From positions 1 to 64,000 of IMG/VR virus record IMGVR_UViG_3300012953_000001: a stretch of 64,000 bases of DNA; one strand, 5' to 3'. The DNA is from a virus. Below the pieces are notes generated by a model. That model saw only the letters and a list, made by a program, of their open reading frames with translations. It had not been told where the DNA came from and did not search any database. Both the position numbers and the translations under genes were made by a program. This document shows, piece by piece, positions 8,757 through 18,446 of this stretch (position 1 is the stretch's first letter; each line of letters opens with the position of its first letter).

Positions 8757-9122
8757 CTACTTCGAAGCTACAGGTGTTGCTACGGAGGGGGCTTTAGGGG
8801 CTTTAGGGGCGGTGGGAGTCTTAATTCTTCCGACAATCTTCGTTGGTTTATGGAACGTGATCGTTTCCACCTTTTTAGATGGGTGCTTCCATCGGGTCAC
8901 ATTACCCTTTCGGGCTTGTCTAGCATCCCACCATTTAGCAACCATCGCCCTAGAAGACTTGTTCCAAGTAGAACGCTTTCTCGGGTCTCCGCCTTGAGCT
9001 TTAATGTACTTTGCTCGTTGCCCATAAGAGGACTTTGAAGGGTCAAACCCGTACTGAGCTAGCTTCTCAATGAGCGCGTCGGTTAAGGTCTTTTTAGCAG
9101 CGTATTTTTCTAATGCGTTCAT
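8757..9122 (-). CDS. Basic putative internal head protein with MNALEKYAAKKTL leader
   Basis: True start ATG 9122 after GAGGGGG; K/R-rich; second motif LIEKLAQ. Confidence 0.7.
   Translation of the reverse strand: MNALEKYAAKKTLTDALIEKLAQYGFDPSKSSYGQRAKYIKAQGGDPRKRSTWNKSSRAMVAKWWDARQARKGNVTRWKHPSKKVETITFHKPTKIVGRIKTPTAPKAPKAPSVATPVASK
9100..9122 (-). repeat. 23-nt exact repeat ATGAACGCATTAGAAAAATACGC, copy 1
   Basis: Identical to 18253-18275 and 18424-18446; a synonymously diverged copy ends at 9660. Confidence 0.9.
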
Positions 9123-9135
9123 TAGTGCCCCCTCA

Positions 9136-9660
9136 TTATCTAGTAATGTCGTACGTGGCTTTTCCACCCACACCAGCGGCAAGACCCTTACCAAAGCGAC
9201 CACGCGCATTCATTGCCGCGCTATGATAGCTTTTGGGAACTTTTTGGCCGATGAGGGTCCTTGCTCCCGTAGCCCTGTTGGTGGGCGCGAGGAGCGTGCC
9301 CCCAGTGAGGCTAGTGCTACGATTACCATATCTTAGCCCAGCGAGAGTGCCCCTTACGGTGTTCCCCGCGCTGCGGAAAGCCGACTGGAGCCGTGTCGGA
9401 GCGGTGGCTGTTGGACGAGCCCATGATTGGGGCTGGCGTTCCTGCCGGTACGTGTTTCTAGAAGTCCCACCTAGGTTAGTCGAAGGTCGCCCCCCGCCCA
9501 CTCCCAAGCGGCTCTTTGACGCCCGACCAGCGGCTCTCGCGCCATGAAGCCCTTTGTACGCGCCTTTAATGGCCCTCGCCGCCAAGCCCGGTGCGAATGC
9601 TTCTTTAGTCAAACCGGCAATAAGTCTCTGCTTTGCAGCATATTTCTCTAGTGCATTCAT
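9136..9660 (-). CDS. Basic Gly/Arg-rich putative internal head protein with MNALEKYAAK leader
   Basis: Leader shared with three other modules; second motif LTKEAF. Confidence 0.7.
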   Translation of the reverse strand: MNALEKYAAKQRLIAGLTKEAFAPGLAARAIKGAYKGLHGARAAGRASKSRLGVGGGRPSTNLGGTSRNTYRQERQPQSWARPTATAPTRLQSAFRSAGNTVRGTLAGLRYGNRSTSLTGGTLLAPTNRATGARTLIGQKVPKSYHSAAMNARGRFGKGLAAGVGGKATYDITR

Positions 9661-9668
9661 TTTTTCAC

Positions 9669-9806
9669 CTACTTGAGATTCTTGCTAAGGAGCCCACTAA
9701 ATTTTTCTTTGGCATAACCGTATAGTTTGCCAATAGCGTGTGTGCTTCCTAGAAAGTAAGAAATAGGCGCTACTACAGCTGTAGTCCACATAATTGCATC
9801 GAACAT
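9669..9806 (-). CDS. 45-aa membrane peptide (not in ORF track)
   Basis: GAGGT RBS; MFDAIMWTTAVVAPISYFLGSTHAIGKLYGYAKEKFSGLLSKNLK*; directly downstream of the holin-like gene. Confidence 0.55.
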   Translation of the reverse strand: MFDAIMWTTAVVAPISYFLGSTHAIGKLYGYAKEKFSGLLSKNLK

Positions 9807-9815
9807 AATTACCTC

Positions 9816-10157
9816 TTATTTACCTGCGGGGTTAAAACTACTGATGATGGTTGATGTCTGCTTATACAGAGCTACGTTCAGTATAGCGCCAACCAGTCCA
9901 ACAGAAGCTCCCCAAGGCCAATGGATAAATAAGGTACCTGCGTAGGCACCAACGGCAAGAGGTATTACTCTAAATACTAATTGCCAATACCAAGGGTCTT
10001 TAGAATTAATGTCAGGCCCAATGTACTTTCTACATGGGATCTTTACTACTTGGGTGATCCCATAGGATATTACCCCACACAGAAACAGCACCACAATGAG
10101 AGTGGCGTACTCTGGCATTGCGGCTACTGCCTCTGTGGTTTCAAGGGCTTTATCCAT
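9816..10157 (-). CDS. Holin-like protein (about 3 TM segments)
   Basis: 113 aa with three hydrophobic segments, at the end of the tail operon. Confidence 0.55.
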   Translation of the reverse strand: MDKALETTEAVAAMPEYATLIVVLFLCGVISYGITQVVKIPCRKYIGPDINSKDPWYWQLVFRVIPLAVGAYAGTLFIHWPWGASVGLVGAILNVALYKQTSTIISSFNPAGK

Positions 10158-10912
10158 TAGAGAGTTGATCCATCACCACCGGAGAATCCACCAGTCGTAT
10201 CTTCCAACACATTGTTGAGAAGCTTAAGCTGCGTCATCTTAACCGGCTGCATTCTTTCATACTGAATGCCGACAGATTCTTGAACAATCAAACCTTGTGC
10301 GTCAACAGCAATAGAGTGCTGTGGCACGTAGCACTGATCTAAGTAAACCGACGCGACAGTGTTCTTTGCATTGTCCTTGAAGACAAGCAGAAGACCCATC
10401 GGCTGGCTGAATAAATCAGATGCGAGGTTAAGGAACATATTACCGTATCCTGGCGGAATCTTCACAGAGTGAAGACTAGAGCTAAGCTCACCTGGACCAC
10501 CAACAGCGAAAGGAGTCACACCCTGCGAGGTGGGTGCGTTCGTTAAACTGTCGATTTGATAAGCGCCGGGAGACACATCGTTAGACGTGTTGTAGTACGC
10601 ATACAAGGCTCGAAGGAGAGAGGGCCCATGGTACACAACTCGACCAAGAGACAACTGTCCGACACTTCGTCCAGAAATAAAGTAGCTTCTATCCGACCCG
10701 ATCTCAAAAATTCGGCTGATAGCCTTGTTCTGAGAGAGTGCAACATTCTGCGTCAACCCAATTGGGTATACCAGCATGTCACCTCCGCCGAGGCTTGAGA
10801 AAAAAGGCGGACCCGCACAAATGAGAATAAACTGCCCGTTGAGGAAGTTACCTTCTCGCAGACCACCTTGTACATGAGTTTTATACGGTGACCAATCTTC
10901 TAATCCAGGCAT
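10157..10912 (-). CDS. Tail tube protein
   Basis: PIGLTQNVALSQNKAISRIFEIGS..YFISGR..GQLSLGRV…I..E..I.YE pattern; two genes downstream of the sheath. Confidence 0.75.
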   Translation of the reverse strand: MPGLEDWSPYKTHVQGGLREGNFLNGQFILICAGPPFFSSLGGGDMLVYPIGLTQNVALSQNKAISRIFEIGSDRSYFISGRSVGQLSLGRVVYHGPSLLRALYAYYNTSNDVSPGAYQIDSLTNAPTSQGVTPFAVGGPGELSSSLHSVKIPPGYGNMFLNLASDLFSQPMGLLLVFKDNAKNTVASVYLDQCYVPQHSIAVDAQGLIVQESVGIQYERMQPVKMTQLKLLNNVLEDTTGGFSGGDGSTL

Positions 10913-10943
10913 GTTTTATCCTCCTACAGGGTGTGTACCTATA

Positions 10944-11786
10944 TTACTCGTAAAATACGACGGTAATGTCTTCAGAGCCATCAGTTGTTAAGCCCATTCC
11001 ACCTGAGATATCGATGCTACAAATAGCGCCATCACCATCTGGAGTGTACGTGACAGCAACGCCGACAGTAGAAACTTCTGCTCCGGTACCCGTAACTTTT
11101 GCCTTAGCAATATGCGTACGGGGAAGGAAGGGAAGTCTACAGACAAGGCCAGCATCCTTACCAGCAACAACGGTTTCTGCATCGTAGACGTAGTTCACAA
11201 CAGCAGAGTTCGAGCCGGTGGCAGTTGCAGCCGCAGCCTGAAGAGCAGCAACGTTGAACCCATCGCCAGCATCGCTGAGGCCGTCTGTCGTAGCGATATC
11301 AGCCGCAGGGAGACCCTGGGCTTCATCACCGTTCGCGTCAACACAAATGACGGTTGCGTCATTAGCACCGATACCGATAAGGCGGACAAGCTCACTTCCG
11401 TTAGTCTGCGCGTCAGTAAGGGCAACGCCCATCACGCCTGTAAGACCATCGTCAACAGCAGTGCCTGCACCAGCCATAGCTGCCTGTAAGTTAGCCATCG
11501 TGGCAGCAGGATCAGCACCGATAAGGACGGCGATGTTACCCACTAGCGCGAGGGAGCCCATAGCAGCCAAGAACTCGTAGGTATCGTTGCCAATGGTGAT
11601 GGTGTCAGCCGCTGTAGGGTTAACATCAAAGTGCAGAGTCGCCCGCGTTTGGGCACCCGTCATCTCAGCTACGCTAAAAGCATTGTCAATGTCGTTATAT
11701 AGGTCGTCCAACGCATCACCGACAGTCCCATCACGGAACTGCTTACCAGCGGGGCGTCTTTCGCTTCCAAAAGAATTACTAGCCAT
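10944..11786 (-). CDS. Tail/sheath-associated structural protein (beta-rich)
   Basis: Between sheath and tube; ATLHFDVNPTAADTITIGNDTYEF is a fibre/decoration-type segment. Confidence 0.5.
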   Translation of the reverse strand: MASNSFGSERRPAGKQFRDGTVGDALDDLYNDIDNAFSVAEMTGAQTRATLHFDVNPTAADTITIGNDTYEFLAAMGSLALVGNIAVLIGADPAATMANLQAAMAGAGTAVDDGLTGVMGVALTDAQTNGSELVRLIGIGANDATVICVDANGDEAQGLPAADIATTDGLSDAGDGFNVAALQAAAATATGSNSAVVNYVYDAETVVAGKDAGLVCRLPFLPRTHIAKAKVTGTGAEVSTVGVAVTYTPDGDGAICSIDISGGMGLTTDGSEDITVVFYE

Positions 11787-11808
11787 TTTTTATCTCCTTC
11801 AAAGTTGT

Positions 11809-14800
11809 CTAGATGACAATTGTAATCTTGATTCTGTTAGCTGGGTAGAAAGGAATAAGTCCTACCTCGGCAACAATCTCATCGGGGCTTGTCTCCGACT
11901 GAGTGAGGCTGTCGAGTGAGGCTTCCGCAACAACGGATCCTGATACACTAGCTAACGCTGCTTGCATTGATAGAGAAATAGTCTCTAGCAATTGAATTGT
12001 AATATTGTTTTTACCGATGTACCGCTTAACCTGCGTTCTAAGAAGCTTAGCGACAAAGTCGATAGCTTTAAGAATCGAAAGCTCTCTGGTCTTCAGAGAA
12101 GTAACATCCGTAGTAAGCTGATGTCTTGAGACACAAGGTCCTCCTGGGACATCTTGAATAACCCAATAAATTCCGCCAGCCGCAGCAGTTGCCATCTGAT
12201 TTTCACTGAAGAAGTCGCTAGAGCCGACAGGTCTGGTGTAACCAACCATTGGTAGGTTTGTGAAGGGCTGAGAAGGATTCTGCTGCCCAATCATTCCTGC
12301 AACACCTGCGCAGAGGTAATAACCAGGAACAAGAACTTCCATACCACCAACTGTAGTTCCAACTTGCTCAGGCTGCATCATCACCATTCTGCGGTTCTGG
12401 AAGCCTGTCACGCCACCAGCGATTTCCGCCAAGGTTTCACATGCCTTGAGCTTCCCAGCCGTACCACTCATATCGATAGCTGGCTGGCGAATCTTAATGG
12501 AACAAAGCTCACCGTCAGCTTCCCATGTGGAAAGGTTGCCCACAGCAGGAAGTCCGATTCGGTAGTAGCTGTCGTCGTTTCCGCTAGTATCGGGACCAAA
12601 CTCACCCGGGAAGAAAACATCGCTAGTCTCAACCGTTACGGACAACCCTGAGGGCGTCCCTACGACGAGGTAGCGGAAGGCATCTCCTTCTCGGTCAAGG
12701 TAAATACCGTCAGAAGGTAGGTAGGAAGATCCGTTTCCTCCACCAAGTACACTTCCTCCAGCGTTGGTTTTCCCGTCGATGGCCATAGGAATGTTAAGCG
12801 TGGAGTTTTCATCCATCACGGTAATTTCGTACTTACCGCCACCAACATCTTGAAGACCAAACGTTTCAGAGGCAACCAGTGTAGAAACCTCTTCCGAGGG
12901 AAGCTGTGGACAAGCAAGGAACATACGCTCTGACTTGTTTACAGGCTCCGACATACTTGAGACGTGAAGGCTTAAGAGCTTAAAGACTTCCCCATCGTGC
13001 GTCATGGGAGCAATCGCATACACCTCATGAAGCTGCAAGAAGTCTAGGCATTCTGCGTACCCTTCAAGAGTCCCTGCCGGTGCATCAGCACTAACATCAC
13101 CAATACCCATTCCTGAGATAGTAATATCCGTGGTGTTAAGGAACGCCATGTAAAGACCGAAGGCGAGAGGGTTATCGGGCTGAATTGGTCCGATAAGACT
13201 GTCAACCTCAGCGATGCTTCCGAAGACCAGAAGTCCAGGATTCGCTGTGTCCGCAGTAACGTCCTTACGCAAAGCCTTGACCTGCGCGTAGATTGGTGCG
13301 CTGCTACCAGCAACCGCAATACCCGCAGCGTTTCGGTTTACTCCAGGCTTGATTGAGTACATCTGGGTCAGGTCGTTGAACTCTGCCTCAGGCTCAGGAC
13401 GGATGTTAGTGGGGGTGTCATCACCAGTACCCGAAACAAGGTTCTGTGCTGTGACGTACCACTTATCCAGAGAAGCAAGCTTCGAAAGTGCGAACTCAGA
13501 AATAACAATCTGAGAACCAGCATACACAGCGTGTGCGGGGTCTGGGTGAATGTTCCAGGCTTCAAGGCCCGTAACGCGTCCAAGAACCGAGCCGTTGCTG
13601 TAAAGCATGTCAGCAGTCATAACCTGATTGCTTCGACCGTGGTACAGACGCGAGCTATAGCTTCGCTCTTCTGCGCCCATGGCATGTCGCCATACACGGC
13701 TATAACTGATAATAGCCCAGCTTGCGCCCGTGAAGGCGAAAGTGACAGGTAGAACGTCTGCAAGCACTGCTTCGTCAGACTGCCCAGCAGTAACGATACC
13801 AATGTGACCCTCAGACCACTCAAGCAACGACTGGTTATCACCACGCGATGCTTGTCCAACAGCATTTCCAACATCAGTAGAACCACCGAGGATATACTCC
13901 GTCAGGGCACTGGGGTTGGACGTGTCGGGCGTGTTAATGGGGCAACAACCAGCAAGCGAAGTTAGACTAATGCTCGTAACGAGGATGCTGTTTCCGTTAC
14001 CGCCGTCTGTCAAAGTGATGGTGGCATCAGCAGTAATACCGTCTACATCGAAAGGTACAGCGGGATTGGCGTTGGTCAAAAGACCCTCAAGAAGAGCATC
14101 AGTGTTAGATGCTCCAGACCCACCAAGTTGGATTGTCTCTCCAGCAGCGTGTGCAGCCTTGGTTCTTGTGATGCAGAGTGTTCCGTTTGCTTCGTGTGCA
14201 ACACACTCTCCACCAATAACCATGCTGACAGCGATCTTAGCGTTGATGTCGGATACCAACTCAGCAAGAGTCCCAATAGGGGCACCCATAGTTCCGCCAG
14301 AGTTGCAGTCGAGGGCGAGGTCCTCAAAACTGTTACCGCTATCAAGGGAAACAGAGAGAACAAGGCCGTCGTTCCAACCAGCGGCGGCAGCAGCCGCAAC
14401 AACAGCGTCATTGTCACAATGTGTCCGGATGGTACCCAAAGCCAGACCACTGGTCTGAATGCTTAAGGAGCCAACCTGGAGCGCTGTTTCGCCTACCGTG
14501 GAAGCGAGTAGGTTGAAGTCGTTACCGACGCCACCCATTACACCCCATCGACGGGCTGCGTTATTTGTGTCCGTAACACCGGTCAAGGTAGCAGTAACTG
14601 CTTGTGTGACAGTCTCGGTCGCGCTTTTGTGACCAGCAAACAATCTTTGTAGGACAAGGTCGCTGGACGCGGAAAGTTCTAGGGTAGAGTCATGTCCGTT
14701 TGTAGAGGTAGTGCTGATTTGAAGGTGGTTAACAACCTCTCCAAGATGGTTAGCACTTGCTACAGACTGGCAAGAAGCACCTACTGGATCCAGCGCGGTA

Positions 14801-16302
14801 TCAATAGCTGTCACAATCGAACCGCCCGCAGGGATCTGAATGTCGAGAGGAATCCCCCCGTCAACAGACACACTAAGCGTTTCACCAGTAAGACCAAGTT
14901 GGCCACCTGTAACTGCTCCTGTGATGTTCGTGGAACCAGCAACAAAAGCTTGTCGCTCTGTCCCGGCAGCATCGCGAGAGAAGTCTACGGGGTCAGACCC
15001 ACCATGCAGATTAAAGCTCGCCGCTCCCACCGTCCAAGGACCACCATTGGTAATCCCTCGACAAGGAAAACCGCCGTTAACAGCGAACCCGGGACCCATC
15101 TCAATAATGAGGTCACTAGAGATCGAGTCCGCAAACGCTGGCTCCTCTAGAGCCGCAGCTAGGTCGTCAAAGGTAGAGGCGTTATTGATCTCAATAGTCA
15201 GAGTTGCGGTACCCGCATTCCAAGAAGCCGAGTTCGCTCCGCCATCCGTAAATGCAACAGTAACGTCGTTTCCGTCAGCGCCGATAAGGTTACCAAGATC
15301 AGCGGGGTTACCAGAACCAATATAGTTCTGGAATCCTAGAGCGGTAACCTTAAGGTAGTTCTCACCGCTAGCATCTGGCCAAGACGTATCCGACTGGACA
15401 CCAAACTGCGCAGCAAACTGGTGTGCGAGTGGGATGGTGATGCTCGCCGCAACACCCGTGCTGCAAAGACGATTAGTCTTAGAGCCAGTACCCGGCTTGC
15501 CCCACAGAGTGGTCTTACCGTTAGCAACTGCACCCTGAAGACTATTAGTGGTTGCAGCACCGTTGATACCAGAATCTGCCAAGGTGTAGGCGTTCCAGTT
15601 GACGGCGCTATTATCAGATAATTCGTAAAGGGAATTAGCGAAAAATCTGTACAGAGCAATATCGTCACCCTGCCAAACACACTCTTCCGGACTTGTCATC
15701 GGAGAAGGGAGGCTGGTGTACGGAATGTTGTACGCGATATTAGTGTAGTTCGTCTGACCGGTGAAGGCAGTGCCTTGTAGGTCATTCATCGCGATAATAT
15801 CATCTCCGCCAGCCCCGTAAGCGGAAGATGCGTCACCGTTAGGATGTGGTCGCAAAGTAATAGAAGCAGTTGGCCCCTTCGCGTTGGTTCGGAAAACCAA
15901 GCGACTTGGCTGAGCAACACCATCAACTACGCCGGGAGTGAATTCGGCAGTAGCTCCAGTAAGCTGCTTGTTGATCGTATTCTGAATAAGCGCAAAGCTC
16001 ATAGCGAAGTTACCATTTACCGCTGCGGGCATGCTGATAACCTGATCATCTCCATTATTAATGGAAATAATGAACTCTCTGCCCCGAAGGTTAACGGGCT
16101 CAGTGAGCGCTGCGGTACTCTGAATACGCGCTGCAATAGATACTGAAGCTTGTGGGTTTAACGCGCCATCTTCGTCGATGGGGTTAACCATCTGGAAGCA
16201 AGGCCCGATAATACAAGGCACCAGTGAAGGTGTTAAGACGGTGGGCGATTGGACTACAATCTCTTGTGAAATCTCTACGCCTGGACGTGGAAGCGTTGCC
16301 AT
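11809..16302 (-). CDS. Very large contractile tail sheath protein with inserted repeat domains
   Basis: N-term PRPGVEISQE; C-term VPGYYLCAGVAG…FTNLP…RHQLTTD…RELS…IDFVAK…YIGK.NI…FYPANRIKITI; start ATG 16302 after AGGAG. Confidence 0.9.
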   Translation of the reverse strand: MATLPRPGVEISQEIVVQSPTVLTPSLVPCIIGPCFQMVNPIDEDGALNPQASVSIAARIQSTAALTEPVNLRGREFIISINNGDDQVISMPAAVNGNFAMSFALIQNTINKQLTGATAEFTPGVVDGVAQPSRLVFRTNAKGPTASITLRPHPNGDASSAYGAGGDDIIAMNDLQGTAFTGQTNYTNIAYNIPYTSLPSPMTSPEECVWQGDDIALYRFFANSLYELSDNSAVNWNAYTLADSGINGAATTNSLQGAVANGKTTLWGKPGTGSKTNRLCSTGVAASITIPLAHQFAAQFGVQSDTSWPDASGENYLKVTALGFQNYIGSGNPADLGNLIGADGNDVTVAFTDGGANSASWNAGTATLTIEINNASTFDDLAAALEEPAFADSISSDLIIEMGPGFAVNGGFPCRGITNGGPWTVGAASFNLHGGSDPVDFSRDAAGTERQAFVAGSTNITGAVTGGQLGLTGETLSVSVDGGIPLDIQIPAGGSIVTAIDTALDPVGASCQSVASANHLGEVVNHLQISTTSTNGHDSTLELSASSDLVLQRLFAGHKSATETVTQAVTATLTGVTDTNNAARRWGVMGGVGNDFNLLASTVGETALQVGSLSIQTSGLALGTIRTHCDNDAVVAAAAAAGWNDGLVLSVSLDSGNSFEDLALDCNSGGTMGAPIGTLAELVSDINAKIAVSMVIGGECVAHEANGTLCITRTKAAHAAGETIQLGGSGASNTDALLEGLLTNANPAVPFDVDGITADATITLTDGGNGNSILVTSISLTSLAGCCPINTPDTSNPSALTEYILGGSTDVGNAVGQASRGDNQSLLEWSEGHIGIVTAGQSDEAVLADVLPVTFAFTGASWAIISYSRVWRHAMGAEERSYSSRLYHGRSNQVMTADMLYSNGSVLGRVTGLEAWNIHPDPAHAVYAGSQIVISEFALSKLASLDKWYVTAQNLVSGTGDDTPTNIRPEPEAEFNDLTQMYSIKPGVNRNAAGIAVAGSSAPIYAQVKALRKDVTADTANPGLLVFGSIAEVDSLIGPIQPDNPLAFGLYMAFLNTTDITISGMGIGDVSADAPAGTLEGYAECLDFLQLHEVYAIAPMTHDGEVFKLLSLHVSSMSEPVNKSERMFLACPQLPSEEVSTLVASETFGLQDVGGGKYEITVMDENSTLNIPMAIDGKTNAGGSVLGGGNGSSYLPSDGIYLDREGDAFRYLVVGTPSGLSVTVETSDVFFPGEFGPDTSGNDDSYYRIGLPAVGNLSTWEADGELCSIKIRQPAIDMSGTAGKLKACETLAEIAGGVTGFQNRRMVMMQPEQVGTTVGGMEVLVPGYYLCAGVAGMIGQQNPSQPFTNLPMVGYTRPVGSSDFFSENQMATAAAGGIYWVIQDVPGGPCVSRHQLTTDVTSLKTRELSILKAIDFVAKLLRTQVKRYIGKNNITIQLLETISLSMQAALASVSGSVVAEASLDSLTQSETSPDEIVAEVGLIPFYPANRIKITIVI

Positions 16303-16324
16303 ATTGTTCACTCCTGTTGGGGCT

Positions 16325-16960
16325 CTATTCCAAACCCATATGTAGATTAACAGCTCTCATTAATGAGTAGAAGTCCTTCTCATCAGAGGTTATTACATCC
16401 TGTATATAGAAAGGAATAATTACTTGAATCATCTTCCACTCAGGCGAAGATGACCCTGGTACAAGAGCACCCTGCTGGCTCTCTTGCGTCAAGGTTACAT
16501 TATTACTAATAGCGTGTATCCGACCAAGGCGCATAATTGATTCCTTAAATACAGGAATCATCCGAAAAATAAAATACGCTATGTTTTGTGCCTCTAAACC
16601 TTCTCTCGCGATAACGCTAAGAGTCATAGAGGTACCGATAATATCGGAATACGTAGTTCTCGGTGAAGCAAGGTCATGCTGGATTGACTGACCCATAGAA
16701 GTGCCTGCCCAAGTGGCGGGTCCTCTAGCAGTAGCGATAATCGGACGAATGTTCGTCTTCTCAATCTTGTCTGGGTTCTGGTCAGTAATCACAATCTCAG
16801 TTTCATCCATATTTGAATTCCACTGATAATAACCGCTCGGGCGAGTTCTAAAAAGGCCCTGAAGCCAAATAAGCCAAGCGCGTGTTGCTTGATGGATAGA
16901 ATCATCAGGAACAGCGAACGGAGATGGGTCCGGATTGATGGGGAGTACTGTAGATGTCAT
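16325..16960 (-). CDS. Tail completion/terminator-like protein
   Basis: Position immediately upstream of the sheath; alpha/beta pattern PIIATARG…TSMTLSVIAREGLEAQNIA. Confidence 0.5.
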   Translation of the reverse strand: MTSTVLPINPDPSPFAVPDDSIHQATRAWLIWLQGLFRTRPSGYYQWNSNMDETEIVITDQNPDKIEKTNIRPIIATARGPATWAGTSMGQSIQHDLASPRTTYSDIIGTSMTLSVIAREGLEAQNIAYFIFRMIPVFKESIMRLGRIHAISNNVTLTQESQQGALVPGSSSPEWKMIQVIIPFYIQDVITSDEKDFYSLMRAVNLHMGLE

Positions 16961-17862
16961 GCGGTCACCGGACCTTTAGCAAAAACATTATTCAGTACAT
17001 TGGAGAGCTTATCTCCCTCGATTGTTTGCGGATTCGTGTAGTTCCTCTCCGGGCTAGCAATCAGGTCTCGAATATCTTCCTCAGATAGATTTAGAGGGAT
17101 TCGGTACTCGATGTCTCCCGTGGGAACTCTGTGAACCGCTACTTGCTGTCGAACCAACGCTCTTGATTTCTTAACCTTAGAGATAGACGCAGCTACACGC
17201 CAACGGATGTTCTCGGCCTCTACGACCAAGTCTCCTTCTGATATCTCTGGGTAATTACCAATAAGCATTGTTGTGTTCTCGTTTTGTACGTCCCCGAAGT
17301 TTGCGTGGATTGTTTGTTCGTTTGGCGAAACAATCATTGCATACGTTCTTACGGGAGCATGATAACCCCCAACCCAGCTAGTGTCATAGCACGTAGCGCA
17401 ACCAGAACGAACACGCCTTTGTGCGACATCGTCATAACACAATCTGCATCGTTGACCAGATTGCTTTCGGGGGAAAACCCAGACCTGTCTTCCAGAGAAC
17501 TCTTTCAGCTTTAAATTGTTCAGTCTGGCCATTTCCATGGCAGCGAGATCAGGTAAAGCAGCAAGCTTAACTCCGCCTACTTCTGGGAATACCGCTTGGT
17601 CCGAGCCACCTCTTTCTTGGACCCTAATCCTATAATAAATTTTATTATAGAAATTTTTCTGTCCTCGCACAGTGTTGTCGCGAACATGGTAGCGGTCAAT
17701 GAAGGGAACTGTGAGATCGTGATACGGCCCAAATTCGTTATCTGATTTCTCAACAACGAATTCATAAGCGTCTACGGCTTCAAAGCTAGGCTCGATATCC
17801 CAGTAGATATCTAGGTAGCCTAGGTCGAAGCTTCTTACGCGTATGTTTGTGACCTGTAACAA
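16957..17862 (-). CDS. Neck/head-closure protein with N-terminal FN3-like domain and Zn ribbon
   Basis: LDIYWD…YEFVVEKS…YYRIRV (FN3-like); CRLC…CATCYDTSWVGGY; beta-barrel YPEISEGDLVVE..NIRWRV. Confidence 0.55.
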   Translation of the reverse strand: MLQVTNIRVRSFDLGYLDIYWDIEPSFEAVDAYEFVVEKSDNEFGPYHDLTVPFIDRYHVRDNTVRGQKNFYNKIYYRIRVQERGGSDQAVFPEVGGVKLAALPDLAAMEMARLNNLKLKEFSGRQVWVFPRKQSGQRCRLCYDDVAQRRVRSGCATCYDTSWVGGYHAPVRTYAMIVSPNEQTIHANFGDVQNENTTMLIGNYPEISEGDLVVEAENIRWRVAASISKVKKSRALVRQQVAVHRVPTGDIEYRIPLNLSEEDIRDLIASPERNYTNPQTIEGDKLSNVLNNVFAKGPVTA

Positions 17863-17864
17863 TC

Positions 17865-18446
17865 TTACTTCCGCTTCTTCTTATCTAGTACGGCCTTAAG
17901 TCCTGCTGCGCCACCAACGGCTGCGCCACCAATAGCTAAAGACTTTTTATTCTTACGAGCCATATTGCCGAGCCGCTTTGCAGCGGATTGGGTTCCCTTG
18001 ATCGCACTCTTGCTAGCAGAACGCTTAGCAACAGCTTTCGCGCCAATACCCAGTGCAGCCAGCCCAGCTAATCCAGCAAACCCTTTGGCCTGGGATTGCG
18101 CTTTACTCTGAGCTTTCTCTGCCCGGGCCTTGGCTTTAGGGTTCTTTGCATTTTTTACACGTGCGCCACTGAAATCTTGCTTATAGTTCTTGGCTCTGTG
18201 CCCGAAACCCTTGGCCTTAGCCTTCAATGCTTCGACAAGAGTTTTCTTAGCTGCGTATTTTTCTAATGCGTTCATACTTACGCCCCCGGTCTTCTCTGCA
18301 CCGCCCCCCATCTTGGCCGCAAGCGAGGCTACTTGATCAGGGGTGTAATCTGGGTATGCAGCCTTGATAGCTTCCTTAAGCCCCATGCCTTTAGCTAGAA
18401 AGGCACGAACCTTGGCTATATTTGCGTATTTTTCTAATGCGTTCAT
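17865..18446 (-). CDS. Two-module basic glycine-zipper head protein, each module starting MNALEKYA
   Basis: MNALEKYANIA… then internal AEKTGGVS-MNALEKYAAKKTL; two hydrophobic Gly/Ala helices. Confidence 0.7.
   Translation of the reverse strand: MNALEKYANIAKVRAFLAKGMGLKEAIKAAYPDYTPDQVASLAAKMGGGAEKTGGVSMNALEKYAAKKTLVEALKAKAKGFGHRAKNYKQDFSGARVKNAKNPKAKARAEKAQSKAQSQAKGFAGLAGLAALGIGAKAVAKRSASKSAIKGTQSAAKRLGNMARKNKKSLAIGGAAVGGAAGLKAVLDKKKRK
18253..18275 (-). repeat. 23-nt exact repeat, copy 2 (internal)
   Basis: Identical to 9100-9122. Confidence 0.9.
18424..18446 (-). repeat. 23-nt exact repeat, copy 3
   Basis: Identical to 9100-9122. Confidence 0.9.

Noticed and set aside
9710-9718. TGGCATAAC resembling the promoter motif
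   Set aside because: It falls within the 45-aa - strand ORF, lacks the final G and the TGTGA element, and has no + strand gene downstream.
10157-16302. Sheath/tube/spike as an extracellular contractile injection system, tailocin or T6SS
   Set aside because: Capsid, portal, terminase, protease and a full replication module are in the same window.
11809-16302. Numerous 60-180 aa alternative-frame ORFs over the sheath and other long genes
   Set aside because: They are fully nested in well-supported genes, with no RBS or motifs.
9100-18446. Dispersed 23-nt repeats as CRISPR, att sites or IS ends
   Set aside because: They are not arrayed, have no spacers, integrase or transposase, and coincide with start codons while diverging synonymously, which indicates a peptide signal.
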